From an uncultured Chloroflexia bacterium (lineage in GTDB: Bacteria; Chloroflexota; Limnocylindria; Limnocylindrales; CSP1-4): a stretch of 64,000 nucleotides of DNA. How positions within the stretch are numbered: the stretch's first letter is position 1; each line of letters begins with the position of its first letter. The position numbers and the translations under genes are program-made. Positions 56,796-64,000 of this stretch are shown here, one piece after another. The notes below the pieces were generated by a model. It was not told where the DNA came from. It ran no database searches and worked only from the letters and a program-made list of their open reading frames with translations. The stretch lies in NCBI GenBank assembly GCA_963844945.1, contig CAWJQZ010000059.1, forward strand, positions 377,440-441,439, read 5' to 3'.

Positions 56796-57800
56796 ATGCT
56801 CGCGGCGGTCTTCCACGGTGACGGTGACGTCGGGGTCGAGGAGATCCCGGTGCCCCGAGCCCGCGCCCGACGAGGTCGTGGTCCGGGTCGAGGCCTGCGG
56901 GATCTGCGGGAGCGACGTCCAGATCGCGAACGTCCCACCCGGCCACCCGTCCACGCCCCCGGTGGTCCTCGGCCACGAGTTCGTCGGCCGGATCGCCGCC
57001 GTCGGCTCGGCGCGTCCACGACCGCCCCTCGGCCTGCGCATCGTCATCGACCCGGACCCCAAATGCGGCGCGTGCGCGTTCTGCCGGGCGGGCCGGCCGG
57101 CGAACTGCACGAACATCCGCGCGCTCGGCGTCCATCGCGACGGCGCGCTGGCCGAGTACGTCGCCGCTCCCGCGTCCTGCGCGTTCCCGATCTCCGAGGC
57201 CGTCCCCGCCGAGATCGCGGCGCTCGTCGAGCCGCTCGCCTGCGTCGTGAACGCGACGAACCGGGCGGCGGTCCGGCCCGGGCGAGTCGGTCGTCGTCTA
57301 CGGCGCAGGCGCGATCGGGCTGCTGTTCACCGCGGTGTTCAAGGCGTCCGGCGCGAGCCCGGTCGTCGTCGTCGAGCCGAACCCGCGGCGGCGCGCCGTG
57401 GCGCTCGAGGTCGGCGCCGACCACGCGCTCTCGCCCGAGGAGTTCGCGGAGCGGCGGGCGCACGCTGCTCCCGCTCGGCGCGGACGTGGTCGCCGACGCC
57501 GTGGGGAGCGCGCTCGGGGACGCGATCGACGCCGCCGCGATGGGCGGGCGCATCGTCGTCTTCGGGATGAACGCCAACGCCGTCATGCCCGTACGGCAGA
57601 TCGTCATCACGGACAAGAGTCTCGGGATATTCGGCACGTACATCACGCACTTCACATTCCCGGCCGCCATCCGCATGATCGAGAGCGGCTCTCTGAACCT
57701 GAAGCCGATCGTGAGCGACGTCGTGTCGCTCGCCGACGTGCTCGATGGCCTCGCCCGACTGCGGTCCGGCGAGGCGACGAAGGTGGTGATCGTCCCATGA
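56796..57800 (+). pseudogene. Zn-dependent medium-chain alcohol/threonine dehydrogenase family, 3 frameshifts as assembled
   Basis: ATG 56796 after GAGGAGG. Motifs: VEACGICGSDV, GHEFVGRI, DPDPKCGACAFCRAGRPANC (structural Zn) and YGAGAIGLL (Rossmann). The intact tail ends ...GEATKVVIVP*. Shifts lie near 56853, 57285 and 57465. Confidence 0.75.
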
Positions 57801-58764
57801 GTGAGGCCGTGCTCGCCCCGACGGGTCGCAAGCCGAAGGCCGAACGGATGCAGGTGGCGAACGCGCCCTGCAGCTACGGCGTGGACGAGGTCCTGAAGGA
57901 CGACGCCTGGATGCCGACGGGGCTCCAGGTGCTCGACATGATCGCGAAGGGGGGGTACGAGGGGACGGAGCTCGGCCCGCCCGGCTTCCTCGGGACCGCC
58001 GACGAGCTGCGCGAGCGCCTCGACGAGCGGAAGCTCGCCCTCGTCGGGTCGTTCCTCCCGATGCGCTTCAGCGAGGCCGAGTACGCGGACGAGGACCGCG
58101 CGTGGCTCCGCGAGTCGCTCACGCTCGTCCGCGACGGTGCGCCCGGAGGGCTCCAGGCCGTTCGCGATCCTCTGCGACGGGTTCGACCAGCCGCTCCGGA
58201 TGGAGTTCTCCGGCCGGATCGCCGAGCATCCCGAGGCGTGGCTGCCGGCGGACCGGTTCCCGATCTTCATGGACAACCTCCACCGGGCGGCGGAGATCGC
58301 GCGGTCGATGGGGTTCGACGTCGTCCTCCACCCGCATGCGGGCACGTACTGCGAGACGGTGGACGAGGTGAAGCGGACCATGGACGCCATGGACCTCTCG
58401 CTCCTCGGCCTCTGCCTGGACACGGGCCACCTTCGGTACGGCGGCGCGGATCCGGCCCAGCTGGTGCGGGAGTACAGCGATCACATCCGCCACGTCCACC
58501 TGAAGGACGCGCGGATGCAGGTCATCGCGGACTGCAGGCGCGACGACGTCGGCCTGCGTCGTGGCGCTCCAGCGGGGCGTCTTCTGCGAGCTCGGCCAGG
58601 GCGACTCGGGGCTCCCCGAGGTGATCGACGCGCTGGACGAGGTCGGCTACGCGGGCTGGCTCGTCGTCGAGCAGGACCGCGGGCTCACGATGGAGGACAC
58701 GCTCGACTCCGTCTTCGAGAGCAACGTCCGCAACCGCGAGTACGTCCGCTGCCTCGGCATCTGA
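57797..58764 (+). pseudogene. iolE: Xylose-isomerase-like TIM-barrel protein (sugar phosphate isomerase/epimerase, IolE-like), 2 frameshifts as assembled
   Basis: ATG 57797 overlaps the ADH stop. Segments: VVLHPHAGTYCETVDEV, LCLDTGHLRYGGADP, HVHLKD and the tail GWLVVEQD...REYVRCLGI*. Shifts lie near 58160 and 58555. The symbol is tentative. Confidence 0.6.
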
Positions 58765-58865
58765 GGCGCACGCGAGCGGCGGGGGCGCCGGTCCGGGACC
58801 CCCGGCCGGCTCCGGCCCCCGCAGCCGGCGCTCGCGCTGCCGACATGCCACACCGGGAGGCGACG

Positions 58866-59723
58866 ATGACCTCGGACCTTCTTCGACGCGCCGACCGCGC
58901 CGGACGCGGGCGGCGATCGTCGTCCGTACCGACCCCGCGGACGCCGGCTGGCGCTACCTCACGTTCGGCGTCCATCGGCTCGCCGCCGGGGCGCGGATCG
59001 ACCGGGCCGGCGACGGCGAGGAGGTCCTCGTCCTCGTCCTCGAAGGGTCGGCGGCGGTGACGGCCGGCGACGCGCCCGACGGCGCCGGCGGGACGGCCTC
59101 GGCGGGACCTGGTCCGGCGTGGGTGGCCGCGAGACGGTCTTTCGCCGGCCCCCGCAGGGATGGTGCTCGCCACGCCGGGCGCGGACGTCGCGATCGTCGC
59201 GGAGACGACCGCGCTGGTCGGCGTCGCCCACGCACCGGGGGGCACCGTCCGCAGGACGCGGCTGATCGGGGCCGACGAGGACGTGATGGAGGAGCGCGGG
59301 AGCGGCAAGACCGCCCGCCGCGTCCACCACCTCCTGCCGCCGGGCGGCGACCTCGCCGGGCGGCTCATCGCCTTCGAGGTCTTCACGCCCGGCGGGAACT
59401 GGTCCAGCTACCCGCCGCACAAGCACGACACCGAGGACCCGCCGAGCGAGGCATACCTCGAGGAGCTCTACTTCTACCGGTTCGCCAAGCCGCAGGGGTT
59501 CGCGTTCGCGCGCGTGTACACGGCGGACCGGTCGCTCGACGAGGCGCTGACGCCGACGGACTGCGACATCGTCGTCGTCCCACGCGGCTATCACCCGGTG
59601 GGCGCGCCCGCCGGGTACGACTGCTACTACCTCAACGTGATGGCCGGGGACCACCGCGCGTGGCACTTCACGATCGACCCCGACCACGCGTGGCTCATGG
59701 ACTGGACGCCGCCCGCGAGCTGA
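58866..59723 (+). pseudogene. iolB: 5-deoxy-glucuronate isomerase (IolB), at least 2 frameshifts in the N-terminal half as assembled
   Basis: The C-terminal 187 aa are intact (ORF 59160..59723): FEVFTPGGNWSSYPPHKHD...EELYFYRF...VVPRGYHPVGAPAGYDCYYLNVMAG. The N-terminal part (WRYLTFGVHRLAAG...VLVLVLEG) is in other frames. Confidence 0.75.
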
Positions 59724-59843
59724 CGGCGCCGCGCGGGGCGGGCGGCCGCGACCGACAGGGCGTGGGGGTCGCCGGCCGGCGGCACGGACCCGGCCCGGCC
59801 GGGAGCACGTTCCGCCGCCGGCGTGTGGCCGGACCCGGTCGTC

Positions 59844-60601
59844 TCAGGGAAGGCCGAGGCGGATCGCGGCGGCCGTGTAGCGCGACGATCGCGACGGCGG
59901 GCGCGATGGCGCCCACGACGAGCGCCGTCGGCTCGGCCTGCGCGCGGAGCCCGCGGAGGCGCCCGAACACGACGAGCACGATCCGGCTCGCGGCCCACGA
60001 GACGACCGCTCCGCCCACGAGCGGGATGAGGAGCGTGCCCAGGAGGCTCTGCGGGTAGTCGGCGGCGACGCGGATCGCCGCTGCGGCGAGCGTGGAGACC
60101 ACGATCGTGAGCCCGCCGAGCACGGCGCCGATCGCAGGGTACTGGGCGTCCTCGTCGCCGAGCGAGACGTGCCGCGCCTCGACCGCGCCGGTCGGCATCC
60201 GGGCCCGCGATCACCTCGACGGCCTCGAGCACGTCGAGGGCGACGTCGTCCACGTCCCGCGTCGCGACGATCGGCCACGTCCGCGAGACGTCGTCGACGA
60301 CCTCCGCCGGCCTCTCGCGCTCCGGGGCCGCCGCGGCCGCCCGGCCGCCGCCGCGCCGCCGGCGCTCGAGCGGAAGGCGTGACGCTCCAGCGCCGTCCAG
60401 CCGCGCAGCTCGAGCTCGCGGGCGACGGCCGGGTCCAGCGCCGGTCGCCTCGGCGCGCATCCGCAGGCCGGTGGGGCGTTCCTCGACCCCCACGCGGACG
60501 AGGGCGACCGCGAGACGAACGTCCGCCTCGCCGCCGGTCCGCGCGGTGTTCTCCAGCGCGCGGACGACCGAGACGAGCTCCGGATCCTCGCTGACGGCCA
60601 C
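59844..60601 (-). pseudogene. Hypothetical membrane protein, at least 4 frameshifts as assembled
   Basis: Pieces in four minus-strand ORFs: MAVSEDPELVSVVRALENTARTGG..., ALDPAVARELELRGWTALERH, VVDDVSRTWPIVATRDVDDVALDVLEAVEVI, then TM-rich AIGAVLGGLTIVVSTLAAAAI...LLIPLVGGAVVSW, ending RYTAAAIRLGLP*. Confidence 0.4.
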
Positions 60602-60645
60602 GGCGCGATGATGCGCTGTCCCGGGCGACGCGTCACTAGCCCGCG

Positions 60646-61684
60646 GGCGAGGCCGACGGCGCCGGCGTGGGGCACGGGCCGTAGGGCTGGAAGAGCGCCG
60701 ACCCGCACTTGTCCGTCACGTACTGCGGCGCCTCGCCGAAGAACGGGTAGGACCCCACGATCGCCACGACGAGGTAGACCACGAGGAGGAGCATGGGGCT
60801 CACGCCGCGGCCGCAGGAGCCACCACGTGCCCATGATCAGGGCCAGCGGCAGCATCCCGGGGAGCACCTTGTCGATGAGGTCGCGCTGGAGGTTCAGGTA
60901 GGCGCTCCCGACCGTCACGGTGGGCGCCAGCCAGAGGGAGACGTAGGTCGCGCCGAGGGCGCCGAGGACGAGGTTGCCCAGGACGCTCGCGCCGGTGACG
61001 AGCTGGCCGAGGCGCCCGTCGCGGAGCACGTCGACGATGAGGCCGCGTCCCCGCGCATAGCCCTGCATGAAGAACACGTACGCGATCACCAGGATGATGA
61101 CCGTCTCGAGGACGAGGTAGACGATCGGGCCGAGCGGGTTCCCGGTGACGGACACGAGGTCCGGCGGCTGGCCGTTGACCACGGTGGGGACGCCCGTGAT
61201 CGAGATCCCCAGCGCGAGCAGGAGCGGCGTGATCGTCCCCTGGGTGATCGTGTCGCCGATCCCGGCGACCGGGCCCATGAGGCCCGACTTCACCGAGTTG
61301 ATCGCGTCGTCGTCGATCGGGGCGCCGCTCGCGCGCTGCTCCTCCATCGCGATGACCGCGCCGTTGATCGCGCCGCCGAACTCGGGCGACGTGTTGTAGA
61401 AGACCAGGTGGCGCTTCATCGCCGCCGAGATGTCCTCGGGCGCCGTGTAGAGCCGGCGGATGACGGGCGCCATCGCGTGCGCGAAGCCCGTCGCCTGGAG
61501 GCGCTCGTAGTTGTAGTTCGCGTGCGCGAAGAACGTCCACGATCCAGAACGACCGCTGGACGTCGAGCCGCGAGATCCGCGGGCCGGGCTCGCGGGCCGG
61601 TCCGGCCCGACGCCTCGCGCGACGCGGCCGCCTCCGAGCGAGGGCGGCGCGGCGGCGGGCGGCGGTGCGGGCCCGCGGGCGCAT
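60646..61684 (-). pseudogene. PTS mannose/fructose/sorbose-family EIID component, 2 frameshifts as assembled
   Basis: ISRLDVQRSFW / WTFFAHANYNYERLQATGFAHAMAPVIRRLY...LVFYNTSPEFGGAINGAVIAMEE...GPVAGIGDT...LIMGTWWLL / MLLLVVYLVVAIVGSYPFFG...*. The N-terminal boundary is uncertain because no stop separates it from EIIC in any frame. Confidence 0.7.
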
Positions 61685-61689
61685 CGATC

Positions 61690-62458
61690 CCGGCGCGTGC
61701 CTCCGGGGCGGGCGTGGTGGTGAACACCACGTGGAGCGCCGCGATCGCGAGGCCGAGCGCGCCGATGACGACGATCGAGAGCGACCGGCCCGATGCGATG
61801 ACGAGGAAGAACCCGATGATGAAGTACGGCGAGTACGGCCAGCGGAAGATGAACCGCATGTTCATCGCGATGCCGATCGCCGGAAGGACGCCGCCGGCGA
61901 CCGCGAGCCCGCCGATGACCCAGACCGGGAGGCTGTCGCAGCAGGTCGACGATGAACGGGACGCCGTTGAGCGTCACGAGGAAGACGGGGATGGACGTCA
62001 GGAGCAGCAGGAAGATCTGCGGGAAGACGACGTTCGCGAGCGTCAGCCCGCGCAGCCAGCCGCGCTCCGCGTACCGGTCCGCGAGGTGGACGAAGGCGGA
62101 GTCGACCGTCATCCGCGTGTAGTAGACGACGGTCCCGAGGAGGCCGAGCGGGACGGCCAGGGCGAGCGCCTCCCCGTACGAGAGCCCGCCGGCGATGGCG
62201 ATCGTGGTGCCCAGCCACCCGGCGAGCGACGGGTCGCTCGGGATGGAGCCGCCGGCCGCGATGAACCCGAGGTAGAAGAGGTTGATCGCCGCGCCGATGA
62301 GCGCGCCCTCGGCGGGGTCGCCCAGGATGATCCCGACGCACAGGCCCGCGACGAGCGGCCGGTAGAACGTGAAGAACCCGAGGCCGAACCACCACGGGGA
62401 CATCGAGAAGTAGTAGCCCAGGGCGATGAGCGCGGCCTGCAGCGGCGTCACCGTCACG
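61690..62458 (-). pseudogene. PTS mannose-family EIIC component, at least 1 frameshift as assembled; both ends uncertain
   Basis: VTVTPLQAALIALGYYFSMSPWWFGLGFFTFYRPLVAGLCVGIILGDP...INLFYLGFIAAGGSIPSD, then after a shift near 61930 SLPVWVIGGLAVAGGVLPAIGIAMNMRFIF. A further N-terminal TM segment may be encoded at 62459..62640. Confidence 0.65.
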
Positions 62459-62645
62459 GCCGCATCGGTGGCCCCGCGCCGAGCGTCGTCCCGGGGAGCA
62501 TCCCGACGGCGACGATGGCGGCGAGCGTCGCGAGCATCCCCAGGGTCGACGCCGCCGCGCGCAGCCGCAGGGACCCCGTCGTCCTGGGGCACGGTCCGCG
62601 CCCGGAGCCGCGCGACCTGGGCCCGCACCACTCCCCCTCCGACGG

Positions 62646-63125
62646 TCACGGTCGATCCACCGACGCGAATGGTACCGGGCGGTCGTCCGCGCCGATCCGG
62701 ATCTCCACCGGCGTGCCCATCGCCTCGATCTCGCGCAGGGCGGCGCGCTCGGCGTCGCTGGCCGAGATCGTCCGGTACAGCTGGCGCCGGCCGGGGCCAG
62801 CGCCCATCCCGCCGAGATTGAGGACGCCGACGGGGACACCGCCCCTGATCAGGGCGAGGGCGGTGACGGGCGTCTTCACCAGGACGAATGCGCTGTCCGG
62901 CGACGTCGCGAGCTCCCGCGCGCGGGCCGCACCGGCCTCGACGCCGTGGACCTCGACCGGGACGCCCGCCGGCGCCGCGAGCGTCAGCACGTCCACGAGG
63001 AACGGGTCGGCCGCGACGCTCTCGTCCACGATGAGGATCCGGTCCGCCCCGACCGCGCGGAGCCAGACCGCGACGACCTGGCCGTGGATGAGGCGGTCGT
63101 CCACGCGGACGAGGCGGAGCGTCAC
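62646..63125 (-). CDS. PTS mannose-family EIIB component
   Basis: Intact 159-aa ORF. N-terminal LVRVDDRLIHGQVVAVW carries the phosphorylatable His motif of PTS_IIB_man. Confidence 0.85.
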   Translation of the reverse strand: MTLRLVRVDDRLIHGQVVAVWLRAVGADRILIVDESVAADPFLVDVLTLAAPAGVPVEVHGVEAGAARARELATSPDSAFVLVKTPVTALALIRGGVPVGVLNLGGMGAGPGRRQLYRTISASDAERAALREIEAMGTPVEIRIGADDRPVPFASVDRP

Positions 63126-63568
63126 CGCCGGACCCGCTGGTCGAGGCGCGCCGTGACGTCCACGATCCCGATCCGCGCGGCGTCGACGAGCCGGCCGGCC
63201 GACGCGGCATCGAGCTTCGTCATCCCCGTGGCCGCCTCCACGAGCATCCCGAGCGTCACCCCGGCGACCACGACCGTCCCGGGACGTTCGGCCGCGAGCG
63301 TCGCGGCGACGATGCTCGGCGTCCCGCCGTCGAGGTCGGCGAGCACCAGCACAGGTCGCTCATCGACCTCGACGGACCGGCGGAGCTCGAGCGCGAAGGT
63401 CTCCGGGGTGTCCGCCGGCGCGATCCCGACCGCCGCGACATCGTGCAGCTCGCCACAGATGAGCTCGGCGCTCCGCACGAGCGCTGCAGCCAGGCCGCTG
63501 TGGGCGGCGACGACGATCCGGAACTCGCGCACCGGTCCCTCCGATGGAGAAGGCGTGCTGGGACGCAC
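63122..63568 (-). CDS. PTS mannose-family EIIA component
   Basis: 148-aa ORF with IVVAAHSGLAAALVRSAELI (active-site His context) and LVLADLDGGTP. The stop overlaps the EIIB start. The true start may be the internal GTG (VREFRIVV). Confidence 0.8.
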   Translation of the reverse strand: MRPSTPSPSEGPVREFRIVVAAHSGLAAALVRSAELICGELHDVAAVGIAPADTPETFALELRRSVEVDERPVLVLADLDGGTPSIVAATLAAERPGTVVVAGVTLGMLVEAATGMTKLDAASAGRLVDAARIGIVDVTARLDQRVRR

Positions 63569-63640
63569 GGGCCGCCGCGCCCGGCTGGCCTGCCGGGGAT
63601 TCTACGGGACGCGCGGGCCTCGGCGGTACACTCCGCGGCG

Positions 63641-63715
63641 GGGCCCGTAGCTCAGCGGCAGAGCAGGCGCCTTTTAAGCGCTCGGTCCTGGGTTCGAATC
63701 CCAGCGGGCTCACCA
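63641..63715 (+). tRNA. tRNA-Lys(TTT): tRNA-Lys (anticodon TTT), CCA encoded
   Basis: GGGCCCGTAGCTCAGCGGCAGAGCAGGCGCCTTTTAAGCGCTCGGTCCTGGGTTCGAATCCCAGCGGGCTCACCA. It has a cloverleaf with anticodon loop CTTTTAA and T-loop GGTTCGAATCC. Confidence 0.9.
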
Positions 63716-63721
63716 CCCCGA

Positions 63722-63737
63722 CGGGCGCAAGCGCCCT
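63722..63737. terminator. Short hairpin between tRNA-Lys and the convergent HD gene
   Basis: gggcgc-aa-gcgccc palindrome located between the tRNA 3' end (63715) and the minus-strand stop at 63741. Confidence 0.35.
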
Positions 63738-63740
63738 CCG

Positions 63741-64000
63741 TCAGCCCTCTCCCGCGCGGCGTGCCATCTCCTCGTCCGCGAGGGAGGCGAGCCGGCCGAT
63801 CTCCGCCGCGAGCTCCGCGATGAACCGGCTGCGCGGGAGGCCGCGCGCGAGCGCCGCGTGGCAGCCGCGGTAGTAGTCGACGATCCGGTCCGGTGGCGCG
63901 TTGAACCGGCGCCACGCCCTGCGGTCCGCCGCGGCGTCCGCGACGATCGCGCGGACGTTGTGCAGCTTGTCCCCTAGGGAGACGCGGAGGATCCCGACGT
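63741..64000 (-). CDS. HD-domain hydrolase, RelA/SpoT-type (p)ppGpp-hydrolase-like, C-terminal part (runs off the window)
   Basis: The minus-strand translation ends ...GDKLHNVRAIVADAAADRRAWRRFNAPPDRIVDYYRGCHAALARGL...RRAGEG* with TGA at 63741-63743. The DKLHN(x)R...W.RFN pattern is typical of this HD family. Confidence 0.6.
   Translation of the reverse strand, partial: VGILRVSLGDKLHNVRAIVADAAADRRAWRRFNAPPDRIVDYYRGCHAALARGLPRSRFIAELAAEIGRLASLADEEMARRAGEG

Overview
This is a 64 kb window of very GC-rich bacterial chromosome (well above 65% GC by eye, not computed). The gene content looks Actinobacteria/Chloroflexi-like; the organism cannot be named from sequence alone.

Layout:
- (1) 1-8.7 kb: the right end of an integrated mobile island. 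It carries a methyltransferase-Mrr fusion, Cys-rich proteins, a RepA-like AAA ATPase, an HNH endonuclease, a small-terminase-like HTH protein and a large serine recombinase. Its 3' end runs into tRNA-Arg(TCG).
- (2) 8.8-18.5 kb: a secreted IPT-domain protein and a 4-gene MacB/FtsX-type ABC system.
- (3) 18.6-46.7 kb: an intact housekeeping and signalling block. It holds two GGDEF proteins, an SNase-like nuclease, SIS and sugar-binding genes, an HD dNTPase-like protein, a CAP protein, a WYL regulator, DinB, a DUF62 SAM hydrolase, an amino-acid ABC transporter, an M23 peptidase, YbaK, and a TPP riboswitch driving thiN-ykoEDC.
- (4) 46.8-53.4 kb: an unusual Rieske/cytochrome b6 cluster. As assembled, cytochrome b6 is fused to a GltD-like NAD(P)H/FAD oxidoreductase plus a 2x[4Fe-4S] ferredoxin domain. 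Subunit IV, a Rieske protein, a cytochrome c-cupredoxin fusion and a Kelch-repeat membrane protein follow.
- (5) 53.5-63.6 kb: DUF proteins, an LLM/ADH/iolE/iolB cluster and a mannose-family PTS.
- (6) tRNA-Lys(TTT) and a partial HD-hydrolase gene at the right edge.

Main caveat: about 40 single-base frame changes (counted by eye) interrupt conserved genes, in patches at 14.5-18.4, 47.1, 49.5-53.2 and 55.2-62.6 kb. Several of those inspected sit in short G/C runs, and no premature in-frame stop was noticed in the conserved segments. Assembly indel error is therefore the most likely cause, and these genes are listed as pseudogenes 'as assembled'. Most long ORFs in the supplied track are antisense or out-of-frame artefacts of the high GC content.
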